DNA from: Diadema antillarum
Taxonomy: Eukaryota
Assembly (NCBI RefSeq): GCF_040938485.1
Contig: NW_027271598.1
Span: forward strand, 3,100,001-3,164,000
DNA length: 64,000 bases
Direction of reading: 5' to 3'
Part shown: positions 1-13,100 of the stretch, piece by piece
Numbering within the stretch: the stretch's first letter is position 1
Layout: each line of letters begins with the position of its first letter
Notes under the pieces: generated by a model
The model's database searches: none
Seen by the model: the letters and a program-made list of their open reading frames with translations, nothing else
Told to the model about the DNA's origin: nothing
Translations under genes and position numbers: made by a program

Positions 1-510
1 AGGTTCCGCCCCTAACAACGACCAGAGTGATCTCATTGGTCAGTTTGCTGCTTGCTGCTAACCGAAGCGTGAAGCTCGCACACTGCCCAGTCGACTGGTG
101 CGTGCGAGCGGGGTGCGCTATGCTCAGCCGCTTCTCACATCCTGGTCACTGATTGGTTAGTGAGGAGACCGCCGACGCTGATGTGCTTGAATGAACTCTT
201 CGGGGGTTGCTACAAATGTAGGCCTTACCTTCTATTGTCCAGAGGTGAAAACTGACTTGCATGTCCCTTGATCGCGATTGCGTCGAAAGGAAGACTTTCA
301 GGGCGCTTTTCTCGAAACAGTGATTTTCCAGACGTCTCGACATGCTCTCTTTTAAACATCGATATCTCCGCAGCCGATTATTTTTATAAAATGTGTTATA
401 TATCAATTTAAAGCAGAAAGATTAGGGGATTATATCATGCAATTTTCAAATAATCGACCTCGCGCGACTTTAGGATCATTTTGTTGTAGCGGGTCACTAA
501 TGATTAACTG

Positions 511-1037
511 TTAAAGAGAGAGAGAAAAAAAAAATCCCTACAGAACATAGCAAAAAATAACAAAAATCGGACGAAAAATAAGGAGGACATGACATTTTGA
601 AATTTCACATTTCTTCGGAAAACGTTTCTTGACCAGTCCTTATGAATATTCAAATGAGCTAGTTGATGATGTCATGCCCTCACCATTTTTCATGTATGTT
701 ATGCATAAAATTAAGAAAATTGTTATTTTTAGCTAATACAAATAAAAGCATATTCCCATACAAAATATATCAGAGTTAACATTATGATGTTCGTTTTTAT
801 TTTCGATGGTTTTAAGGCAAGTTTTAAATTCACTAAGCTGAAATATGAGATTTTTGTCATTTTCGTAAATAAAATGATTAAGAAATTGTGAGAGCATGAT
901 AGCACAACTTTGCTGATTTGAATATACCTAACAACTGGTCAAGAAGTGTTTTCCCAAATTTTTGACATTTAAAAATGTCATAATTCCTTATTTCTAATTA
1001 TTAATTGATACAATTTTGGAGTAGATTTCTTCTTTAA
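511..1037. mobile_element. TTAA-flanked long-TIR MITE, Kolobok-like
   Basis: ttaaag...tctttaa ends; about 170-bp imperfect inverted arms sharing aaataagga..atgacatttt, ggaaaac..ttcttgaccagt and atattcaaat.agc. Confidence 0.7.
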
Positions 1038-1629
1038 AGATACATCACATGATGTAATTGAAAGCTGTGGTAATGGTAGGCGATGTTATGTTTATGTCTG
1101 TAGAAAAAAAAATATATCAGTGCCAAAATGTCTCAGACATTTTCTCCTTTAATACATCATATGTCTAGATGTAGTGCAAAAGAAAAGAAAGTGTTCATGC
1201 CTGTGTGGTTAATAGAATAGAGTTATGTGTCAAGCTTTTTCATTATAGCTCATCATCTCAACAAAAATATAGTTCTTAAAGTTATGTGTAAGTTTGCATA
1301 TGTCTATTAAGTTGAACCTCGTTAAAAAAAAGATCAAAGAATGAGGAAGCTGTGGTAGATAATGTAAATGATGAGATGAATAATTGTTGATTATAAAGAT
1401 AGATGACTGGTGATTATAATGCCGAGATTCAATGAATTGGCACGTAATGATCTTAAGAAGGGGAATTGTATTCAAAGTTTTATTGTGGAGTGAGAGTTTC
1501 CAGAAGCGTTTCTGGGTTGAAATATTATGCACAAAAGAAAAAAATTACTCTGTTGCGACTTGTACGTGTAATGTGTGCTAAGTTCTTTCATAGAGTATTA
1601 AAGTAGAATGGTAATGTGAGTACTTATTA

Positions 1630-1721
1630 TTACCCATTGAGGACAGGCTGATTTTGCTGCAACAGGCATTTCCCACAGACATCTGCCTGAGTATACCTGG
1701 GACTCATCTCCAACGGGTTAA
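1630..1721 (-). mobile_element. 85-bp piggyBac-like MITE, decayed copy
   Basis: Reverse-complement match to the 6718-6810 element, CpG sites decayed. Confidence 0.8.
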
Positions 1722-3983
1722 ATGTAGGATTTAGGTTGTCAACAGATTTCTGTTCTGCACATTGATATTAGTCGGGAAGGAGTATATTAAAAAGGCAGCT
1801 ACTGTTAGAAGTTTGAGGTTTTTTTTACCATCTCTTGATGCATTTCTCCCTCTGATATCCACTATCATGAATTCCTTCCTCTTTTCCCATGCTTTGAAAC
1901 TATTGTCATTTTATTCGTCCTTGTCATTTATTGTGGTTACATGTGTAAAAGTCACAGGATTGTTTTTTTTTTTTCATTGTTCATGTGTCAGTTGTGCTTG
2001 TGCATGCTCAATAGTCCATTCTCAAAAGTCAGCAGTCAACTTGATGCAATAGTTGGTCTAGTATTTTTTTCGGGTCTTCTTCTGCATGCATGGCAGTTGT
2101 CATTTTGAATGCAATGTGCCTTGTGTCACTCTTGAACGTAGTGATGTTTTGTGCTCATCTCACAAGTTGTTCTATCTTTCTGTCTCAGTTTATAGCTGAC
2201 CCTGACATTTCCCTATTTTGATTTCCAGATCAAGTGCATGGGATGTGCTGTGATTTGTTCTTTGCGAAAAAGTTGTGCTGCATTTGTTTTGTACCATTGC
2301 ATATTTATTCAATTGTAATTTATGTGCATCGGAGTGATTTACCATTGAATTATCCCACTCAAGCATTCATTTTTTGCCATACCAGAAAAAACAAAAGTGA
2401 TTGCAGTGGTTCCATGGAAGTTACATGAGACTCAACTGCAAATACAGGTTTTCCACACAGAGTGTTGGGCTTTTTTTGTGCCCAATATCACATTATTTGC
2501 ACATGTAACAGTGCAAAGTTTGCGTGTGCAAGCATTAAATCACTGGATATCAAACAGCCTGGCAAACTCACCACTGAACCAGGCTGTACTGGTACTCGCT
2601 TCTTTCTCCCTTTTTTCTTTTTTTTTTTTAGCAGAAGCTCACCATCAGCCATTTTCATGGTCACATGGACACATGTTTCACACTTTTATTTGAACGTGAA
2701 AAGTGTGTGGTGGCACCACGGGAACATAATATGTCATGTCTTCTTTCTGAAAAAAAACCAAACAAACAGCAAAACAAAGCAAAAAAAAACAACAACAGAA
2801 AGTGTGTGTGTTTGCATGTGTGCCAGCAAGGTCTTGGCCTGTCACTATACACTCTTCACGTTCCACTGGACTGTGATTGACTAACATTTCTGCCGAATAT
2901 ACGTTGTACAGCATCTCATTTTACCAGGTACATTCACTCTTGCCAACCAGTGTCTGCCCTGCAGTTGGCTTACCTGATTTTTGTCTTTTTGAATCATTTG
3001 AATTTGCATTGTTTCTTCCCACTTTTCTCCCAGAGATGTGATGAAATACTGTATACTTCATATATTTTGACAATAACGAGTCTAATTTTCAGTGAACAGT
3101 TTCATGAGTGATTAAATTTGGGATTTTGGAATACCGTATTTTTCAAGGAGAAATGTACATGTATGCATGCGCGTCACATTCATGTCGGGATCAAGTTGAT
3201 ATTTGTGTGTGTTTTTAATTCTGGTCTGACTCCCGTAATTTGTGAAAATAAGAACCTCACAGAATATATGGCGTATACAGTAGTTTGTCTCACAAATCAT
3301 GCTCCATGGCCTGCATTTACTAATTGCATCATATTGTCTTTGTTTTTTCAATAAAAATGAAGTTTCAGAACACAAGCATTCAGAGTTTAAAGCACTCTTT
3401 ATTAATTAAAGACACACTCCCCTCTTAAAAAAAAAGAAAAGAGAAATAGGTGAAGAAAAGGAAGTCAAGGTGTAACACACTCCATTGCATTCTGCAACAG
3501 AGATTCTTCTTGTACACAAAACATTTCTTTTCTTCAGACAATACCTGTCCATTGTTTCACTTCGTATTTCCATTGAATTTTCATTTGGTATGTATTTTGT
3601 GCATGAATTAGAGTGCTGAAGGTGTAATGTGAGGACAAAATGTGGCAAATAAAATCTTTCCACAAATAATGGGCATGTTGTTATATGTAGCTCCATGTGG
3701 AAATCAGATTAAGTACTCATTGATTACATGATACAGTGGCCCCTTTTCAGAAATATTCCATGCATGAATATCAACCCAAATGGCAAAACTGTTACTAAGA
3801 AGCATTTAAATAATATATAAAACCTGTTTGATAGTTCATGTAAAGTACACTATCAAAATGGACTCTCTGAAATATCTGCCATGTCTGGACTTTCAGAGAC
3901 ATTTTTCTCAGACATGCAGATCTGAGATCCATATTCATGTCATCCTCACTTACATTTGAGTACAACGACTTCTCCCGGTGTAG

Positions 3984-4159
3984 ATGATGAGGATGATGCC
4001 AAAGATGAGGATGCAACTGATTCAAGGGAAATTCTCTACACCGCTGGCAGGGGAATCCCCATCTCTTCATCACCGGGCAAGTTCCACCTGAGGCCCGATT
4101 CAGACAGCTCTGTTGGTTCGCCCGTGAAGAGAATACCATCGTGGTATGAGTATAAAGAG
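3984..4159 (+). CDS. PHKA1/2: PHKA exon (variable acidic/Ser-rich region: DEDDAKDED...[14 protein letters not shown])
   Basis: Open, coding-like frame ending GAG|GTAAAT in phase 0, matching the next exon. The acceptor TAG at 3981-3983 is my best guess, so the 5' boundary is uncertain. Confidence 0.75.
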
Positions 4160-7100
4160 GTAAATGATTGTGAGAAAAAAATGCATAAAATGTTAGTTAG
4201 AGGAGGCTTCTTGTTATTAAAGTGCTCTTGATAGTGATGTGGCTTAGTTACATTTTGTAGGAGTCCGTGTCTGCCTTGCAATCAAATACATAGCTCTGGT
4301 TCAGTGCCTGTGGTATCCAGCTGAGCATCCTTGTGTGTACTCTCTCTTTGACAACATTGGTGCAAAATCAGTGTGAAAAGTAGCTGAGAACTTCAGAGCA
4401 TTCAATATCCTGTCTGAAAGCCATGTGATTCTGCAGTAGATTGAATATATTTATGTAAGGCAGGAGATTCCAACATTAGGAGAGACGGGGACGTTCAGAG
4501 GGAAAAAAACATGTTCTGATCATGCACAGAAACGCGCATCAAGTTGATCTATTTATAGCTCGCATCATCTGAGTTTTTCACTACGCGTTCTGGGCCATTT
4601 TTACGTCTGCTCAATTTACGACGTAGAGAGCTACTTCAAGCACCGATCATATGGGGGCACCATTTTATTTTTTATGGGTTGCATCCTAGCGCGCGCAAGC
4701 GTAATCTAAAGCTACTTTTCAGCACGACGCAGGGAGAGAGGAGAACGTCCATCGCACTCGTCTCAAATGTCCGCGCCCCAAACGTAAAGCTCCCTATTAT
4801 CTCTCTGGTTCCTATATAATACAGCTGCAAGAGATTTACCGTGGCCACGAGGCAGCTGACCTGGTGCTGCAACTTCAGGACTCGGACGCGCTGGACGAAC
4901 AGGCAGACATCGTCCACTACCTCTTCGAGACAAAGTGAGTTCAGCCATGCCACTTGGGGACAGTGAACCTCGTGAAAATAAAACAAAACCAAATAAGACT
5001 TTATACCTCTGCACTACTGCTCTGCCTTTCATGGTAGAGTGTGGAAGGGAACACGTTGTCTTGGCTTTGCTCTCCAAATATTTTGAATGAGAGATTGAAC
5101 AGAATTGGACATATTTTTATGAAAAATAGATGTAGCAGCCAGCTCTTTGAAGAAGATCTGCCTAGCCATAATATTGTAAAAATTTCCCACTAGCATAATC
5201 ACATCTTCCTCAACTTGTAATGATTGTGAATTCTGTTATCTGATTGGTCAATTTACCATGCAATATATCCTGTATTTGCATGAAAGAGGTCATTGCCCTT
5301 GTATTTCATGTTTCACATTGTTCATGTTGTTCATCTACATGCATCACCCTTGCATGCACTTGAATTGTTACAATTTACTACTAGCTACACTGTAGCAGCA
5401 CCGTGTACTGCAGCAGTTAGTTTATATGTGAAAGACAAGGAGGCACAAGTGGTTGGTACAGCTGTAGACCAAAGTTTCTGAAATATGAATTAGGGTCAAT
5501 ATGCTTTCATAGAATATTTCCTAATGAGATTGAAGTATGATATAGAATGGCTGCTCCCCTACTTACTTGTTCTTTAGGGGAGAAGATTCAGCTTCATGAC
5601 ATACAGTATGGCACCAACCATAAATATTTCCCGTATTACGTGAACAAGCAGGGGTAATTGATAGTATCTAGAAAATCACGGGTTTTCAGGAGAGCATAAG
5701 TTTTCTTTAAAAAAAATATGTATGCTGTGTTTCTATGATTGAGAAATAAGCCCTCATAAATCATCACTTTCTCTATGATGTGTCTAGGGGCATGGACTGG
5801 GACACGAGGATGAACGGCAAACCAGGTGTGACCGTCAAAACACTCATGGAAGAACTCTACTACAAGGTAAGCTGGAAGTAGTGACAGTTGTCTAGTGTGT
5901 ATCAGGGCAATTAACCATCAGAGGGCAATCAAACCCCCCCCCCCCCCCACCCCAGCTAGATATTGCTTAGTGATAAGGTAAGAGTAAAGATCAGGGTTAG
6001 GGCTAGGGTTAGAGTTTGGGTTAGGGTTAGGATTAGGTTCAGGATGAGGGTTAGGGTCAGGGGAAGGTTCCGGGTTAATCGCCCAGGGGGTAATTGCCCT
6101 AGACTCGTCTAGAGAATGACAAGTCCTTCTCTTCAAGCAGTGCCAATGCAACATATCAGTATACTGTAACCTCGTAGAAAGGTCTGATATAACAAGACCC
6201 TCTTGCAACAAGGTGCTTTTGCAGATTTCAACTCTCTATATGTTTCTGTGTTTTGTTTTAATCCTGATACAGTGAGAAACTTAATATAGCAAGGTACATA
6301 TAATTGTCACGGTTTGTGGGTCCTTGTTGTAATGGGGTTCCCCTGTGCAAGCAAGCAGAACAGAAACAAAACAAGCAGCAATACATCAAAATGCAGCCCG
6401 AGTAAATACTGAGTATACTTCACTTCTTTGATTCCTCTTGGCAGAGTGCCCACCACAAGACTTGGTCCCTGGTGCGACACACGGCAGGCATCTTGCGGAA
6501 GAGGGTGGAGCACCTGGCCAAGGCCGTGACAGACCTCCTGGTGCGGCAGAAACAGGTGTCCGTCGGTCTTCCCCCGGAGCCCCGGGAGGTCATCATCACT
6601 GCACCCCTCCCGCCGGAGGAGCTGGAGGCAGTCATCTACAAGGCCTGCGGGGAGGATCGCAGCTCGGCCGTCCTGACTCAAGTAAGGGAGATTGTCCAGC
6701 ATCTCTGATGATGTTCTTTAACCCGTTGAGGACGAGTCCCGAGTATACTCGGGCAGGTGTCTATGGGAAATGCGTGTTGTAGCAAAATCAGTCTGTCCTC
6801 AACAGGTTAAAGACCCAGTAGCGTGGGGGAATACTATGGAGTGGAAAGGTTGGCCCAGCTGACTTGTATCTGAGAATCCCCATAGCGAAGCCCATACAGC
6901 TTTATAACTGATCTCTATGTATTAAAGTACATATGTACACCAGTGGCGGATCCAGAGGGAGGTGCACCGGGCGTGCCCCCCCCTTTTTTTAATTTTGTAA
7001 AGGCGCTTCCCCTTTACAGAATTCCTTGATCTGCCCCGTACACAGCCAAAGAATCTCTTCTGGAGTCAGCTGTTTCTGATGAGTGTATGCTTTGAAGCAT

Positions 7101-10100
7101 ACATTTGCTGAAGGTTGCTATTCACAGAGACTCCAACTCTCCCGTTTTCGACGGGAGATCTCCCGCCGAAAGCCCATTTTTGCAAAATCTCCCGTTCTCC
7201 CGCTTGAGATTCAATTTCTGCCGCCCTGGCTCTGTGTCTCCCGCTTGAAATGATTTCTTACTTAGTATCATCGTATGTTGAAAACTAAGCCTTAGATAGC
7301 ACGAGAGAGCATCTGGAACCCTTGAGCTTCCAGGGCCCTTAAGCGGGCCCTGGACCCCGGCCGCAAGGAACTTCGCACTCGTATATATGCGCTTTGCGCA
7401 TATCAAGTTGGAGTCTCCCGTTTGCTAGGGGTTTCAGGCGGGAGAATCTCCAGATCAGAAGGTGCTTAGGGTTGGAGTCTCTGTATTCATAGTTTTCAAA
7501 TGTACCCTGGCGGGCAGTGAATAAAGATTGATTCAATCGGTCCAACCATGATTCCCCACGCTACTGAGCCTTTAACCCTTTCTGTGTCAATGAGCCAAAT
7601 GTGCACAACTCTCAGGCACAAAACTATGGACAGGTAATATAATGTGTCATGCAGAGGGTTAATGATACCCCTCAATTTTAATAGAATCACTGGCATTGTT
7701 CCATTTGAAATATGAAGACCTCTGCTCATTTGCAAATTCCACTTGTGTTGACAAAACCATTCATTTGGCATTACAATAACTTTTGGCAAATATCATATTT
7801 GATTTTCTTCATGACTGACAAGGAAGAACATACAGTCAATTTCATTTCACTAACCACTTGACAGACACAGCATCTTCTGTTTACCATGTATGATCCCTTG
7901 AAATATGTGAAATTTAGGTAAAAATTATGTTTATAAATTAAACAATTTCGTGTGTGTGTACATGGGCATTTATCAGGTACGTCAGTATAGTACCTGATTG
8001 TATTGCATATTGAAATTCACCAGTATCATCAAATCCTACTGATGACAGTAGAAAAGTTCGACATCATCAGTCACTTTGAGAGCTCATGTAACAAATAGAA
8101 TGCAGAGACTCCAACTCTCCCGTTTTCGACTGGAGATCTCCCACCGAAAACCCATTTTTGCAAAATCTCCCGTTCTCCCGCTTTTGATTTAATTTCTCCC
8201 GCCCTGGTTCTGTGTCTCCCGTTGGAAAGGATTTCTTACTTTTTGCTATCGTATGTTGAAAAAATAAGCCTTATATAGCACCAGAGAGCATCTAGAACCC
8301 TGGGAATTTCGCGCTTTGCACACATCAACTTGGAGTCTCCCGCTTGCTAGGGGTTTCCGGCAGGAGAATCTCCAGATCAGAAGGTGCTTTGGGTTGGAGT
8401 CTCTGAGAATGCAATTATTTATAATGATAATGGGAGATGTTGCTTATTATTCATTTCAACGAATGTAAGAGGAATTCTGTAATTCTCACCTAATTGTCCC
8501 CTCTCTTGACTTCTTGTTTCCCTCAAATTAGCCCGACATGTATGCATTTGTCTCTTCATGTTGAAACAAGCGAGCATGCAGCAATATCACTCCATCACAT
8601 GCCATCAGTTAACAGCCTATGGCACACAGTCTGAATCGAGTCTGAAAAATGCAAGAGATATTTGTTTTATCACACACGGTGTTAACATTAGTATGTGGTG
8701 TTAAACACCCATGTGTTTCAGAAAACAAATACCTTTCCAGCTGTTATTGGGGTGTTCACATATTGACAATGGAATTTTACCAACACATATGCGTGCATGT
8801 TTCCTTGTCCTCTTGTGTAACCATAGGAACTTCTCATCTACTTGTCAATGTTCATCTGCACTGAGCCAAACCTCTTCACCGAGATGCTGAGACTGAGGGT
8901 GGGGCTGATCATCCAGGTCATGACTTCTGAACTTGCGAGAGCCATAGAGTGTGAGGGTAAGTCTCATTTTTGTGTTTACTGTTTATTTGTGTGTGCACAA
9001 CAATTTAATATTCTGTTCATATGTTCGTTTTGCTCTCTGTATAATAAAGGACTTAAGTTTCAGTGCCTTTCTGAATTCATGTCCAGTTCTGTGTATTTTT
9101 CCATCTTCATGATTCTTATCAATTATGGTTTATGAAAGGCAGGTGTAACATTGTTCTATGGCCTTTCTACTTTTGATAGCTTAACTTAACTGAAGACATG
9201 ACAGACAAAACATACAATGCAGATGTACTTGTGTTAATCATTTCAGTGTTGCCTTTCTTTTTTGGTCAAAGAAATTATTTACAAAAAAAAAAGTCATGTC
9301 ATGTAGATGTACAAAGTGTTAAGTCATTTTACGCTTTCAGGTATTCTGAATAACAGTTGTGACATTTTATTTGCTTCCTGAATACATCCTTCTAGTGGAT
9401 GATGCATACGAGCAGCTGGTGACACTGAGTCCGTTTGAGATCAAAGATCTTCTCCATCACATTCTCAGCAGCAGGGAGTTCATGGTCAATGCAGGCAAGT
9501 CAACCGCCCCCCCCCCCCTTCCAACTCTGACTCTTGTTCAGGTGTATGTCACGCTAGCTGTGGTCACACTACACAAAACTATGCATAGCATGCTCCCTGA
9601 TAACTCTCATAAGTTTGAGCATGCAGTCACACCACAAACAAAACCGCACATAGTTTTAGTGATACAAAACTGCCAGTTGTTAAGGCTTCTAACACGCATG
9701 CTATTCATGGGCAAAAACCGCATGCCCTCCTTGAATATTACGAAAATGAAAATGCGCATCAGTGTACAATCTAATGCACTATTGCGTTAACAACATGAAT
9801 GAATCTATTATCATGTCACAGACGTTCAGCAGTCATACTGCACAAAACTACATATAGTTTCGCGAGAAGTGAGAAACTTCCCGAGTGCATGCAGAAAGTT
9901 TCGCTGGAAACTTCTTAAAAAGCTTGTGGTTACGTTGCCCAAACTACGCGAAGCAAAATAACCTGGTAGTGAAACTACGCATATTTGTATGTTGCTTCCT
10001 GATACTCCCAGAAGTTTGAGCATTCGGTCACACTGAACAAAACTATGCGTAGATTTATTGATACAACACTACCAGTAGTTAAGGCCTCTAACACGCATGC

Positions 10101-13100
10101 TATTCAATGGCAAAAACCGCATGCCCTCCTTGAATATTAAAAAGATTAAAATGCACAACAGCATACAATAGAATGCACAATGTGCATGAACAATATGAAT
10201 GGTTCTGTTATCAAGTCACAGACGTCTCAAGAGTTTCAGCGGTCACACTGCACAAAACTGTGTAGTTTTGCGAGAAGTGAGAAGCTCTCCAAGTGCATGC
10301 AGAAAGTTTCGCTGGTAACTTCTTGAGGAGTTTACGGTCACGCTGCCCTAACTACGCAAAACAAAATGCCTGGTAGTGAAACTACACATAGTTTCGCGTA
10401 GTGTGACTGCGCCTAATGTGTCTTCACCCAATCTCTTGAGCTCTAGAGGATACTTGGCACTAAGTGTTTTTAGAGGGAAATAGAGATATTAAGCACGTAA
10501 ATATATGTACTTGACTTCAGAAAGGCATAATTAAATATGGAAACCCCAGTAAAAATACAGCCAGTGACAATAGATTATCACAGTGAGAAAAATCAATCTT
10601 GCAAAAGTTTCCATTCTATTCAGTATATTAATTTTGTAATGCACTTTCCATCGCTTGACTAAATCGACCATAGATGTGTAATCATAGAACATCAAGTCTG
10701 TGTTGGCATATTCTGAACATTGATAGTTTTCAAAGATGGGCCCAGGGTGGAGTGCTTCACCTCTTTGTATGAAAGTCCATACTGAGTGGAAAAAAAAAGC
10801 TGGTGATAAGGGAATACTGCTGAGCAATCATATGTATTACATTTGATGTTTCCTTTCCATCATGGATATCAAAAATTACTGAAAGGTAAAATCCCTAGTC
10901 ATAATGCTTCTTTTCTTGTTGGTTTGTAGTTTTTTCTCAAGGACAAACAATGGGTATCACTGAATTGTAGCTTGTGACATTTTCTCTACTGCCTGTCATT
11001 ACTAATGTCACATGTTGATACATCCTTCTGTAAAGTGTGCACAGTGAGATATTTTGTTGTATTTGTTGATGATAGTTATGTATACTATGGTACGTGTATA
11101 GTTCCTGATTTCGTTAAAATTATGTGTGGTAGCAGAAAGTGGTCTTTAATCATGCAAAGTCTCACCCATCTGTCTCTGTGTGCAGTGAGCCATGGTTCTG
11201 GTGCAATGGAACGGCAGCTGTCCATCGTCAGTGCGCCCTCAAGCAAAGTCCACGGGTTATCCTTCTTGAAGAAGCAGTTATCTGCAGTAAGTTCCTGTGC
11301 ATCTTTTGTTTTGCATTGTTTCATCTTCTTGCATTGGGTGTCCCTTTGCCATGGAACTAGAAAATCTGATGTGTGGCAATGGATATTTCTGGGTTTTCGT
11401 GGAAGTGGGTTGAATTGATTCAAACTTCTTGCAATTGTTGTGTGGTTTTGTCAGTGTTTCATGTACTTGGTGACCTGTTACATACAGGAACCTGGTTGGC
11501 CTGGTGGTCTATGGGGATTTCAGAATTCAGTATCAAATGGGTTTGAGATAGCCACTTTCTCTTCATATATTAGGAAGGCACGCTCAGGGCCTCATTTTTC
11601 TTGGTGTGGCCATGGAATTTCCCCTCATCGTCTTTAAATTTTCCATTCCCTGGCGTACCATTAAAGTGGAATTTTTTGCAGTGTTGAAATTTTCACGCAT
11701 TTCACGCAACCAAGAAACTAGAGCGAATATTTTTGCTTGCTATATGTTCTAGTAGTTCATGTCTTTATTCTGCGGAGTTAGAAACATGAGAAACTCATCT
11801 TGCCTGGCAGAGCGCAAAAAATTACTCTTGCGAAGATATCCACTTTTACAGTACCCAACAAATCATTCATTTTAACCTGCCAGCAATAAAGCATTTAATT
11901 TACATTGTACAAAATGATTCATAAGTCATTCACTGTAGTTGTTGTCCTGTTCTAAGAGTCGACAATCACTGTAGTCATCATATGTATACGTTATCCCTAC
12001 TGGATGTCCCAGTCAAGCTTTTCATAGCGTATGATGATCCACACAAAATGTATGATAACATATTTCATGTACAAACTATGTGCATATTTGTGAATAATGT
12101 ATGTATATGCATTTTGTGAATACATCAAATCGAATCAAATCAAATCAAAGCAAAATCCCTCTTTAATCTGTCCATACCCTGTAGGGATCTTCTGAGAAGC
12201 AGTTCAGTCAGCTGTCTTCTTTCACCCGTGAAGACTTAATGGACGAGGAGCTGACCGAGAGGCAGGGCCAATGGCTGCGGAGACGGAGACTGGACGGCGC
12301 CCTCAACAGGGCACCACCCGACTTCTACTACAAAGTCTGGAAGATTCTGGAAAAGGTAGGGAATCTCGCTCTGTCAGAATACCTGAATCTGTTGCTCTAG
12401 GTACTTCTAGACTACTTAATTAGTTGTCATGCGTAATGATCTCAGTTGCCCTGTTAAAGGTTGCTGACATTTTTTGTCCAAATATCTGGACCTGCCTCTT
12501 GTGAGCAGAAGCAATGCCACAACTTTTGTGGTTGTTTCCTTCTCTTTTGTCTGTTGATATAATTTGAAAGCATACCTGCTCTAGGATTCTATTTCACGTA
12601 CCATTACTTGACAGAAGTAAAATCAGAATTGTGTCTGTGACATGCACCTTGTGAATTGAGGGTACTGTAAACACTCACATAAAAGGGGCACTCATGTATA
12701 AGGTGCACCCCAACTTTGGAAATAGGGCGGGGGGGAAAAAAAAACACCCATGGACACATGTTGTGAAAACAAAAGGGGAAGACGGTACAAAGGTTTTGCC
12801 ATATGGCAATCTATGCATCCAGTTCATTGAAATGTGCTCATTCATGCACATTGTATTTATACCAGTCAGGTACTTCAGGTATTAAGTGTGTGTGGCTGAG
12901 TGGTGGTACATGTACCGTACACTACATACAGTGTACCATAAGGGGGTAGTGTCGTCCCGCATCAATCGCAGATCCCACACATGCTGTAAGCATACCGGCA
13001 GTGAGTTGAGATACGATTTATATCTGCTCAGAATTCAGTATTAGAGATTTGCTCTTGATTTCTTTCTACTGAAGTAAAAACTGAAGACCCTTTTACTTTC

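Noticed and set aside
2512-2590. Possible extra PHKA exon (AKFACASIKSLDIKQPGKLTTEPGCT)
   Set aside because: Phase would fit, but the donor (gtactc) is weak and I see no homology. Needs RNA-seq.
3833-3983. Frame upstream of the 3984 exon is open except for one TGA at 3923 (possible extended exon or selenocysteine)
   Set aside because: One stop in 50 codons is unremarkable, there is no PHKA similarity, and Sec in PHKA has no support.
6307-6782. Track ORFs 6307..6702(-), 6420..6635(-), 6438..6782(+)
   Set aside because: Shadow frames of the GC-rich PHKA exon 6445-6681. The same applies to ORFs around 4672-5077, 13166-13467, 14342-14764 and 35644-36129.
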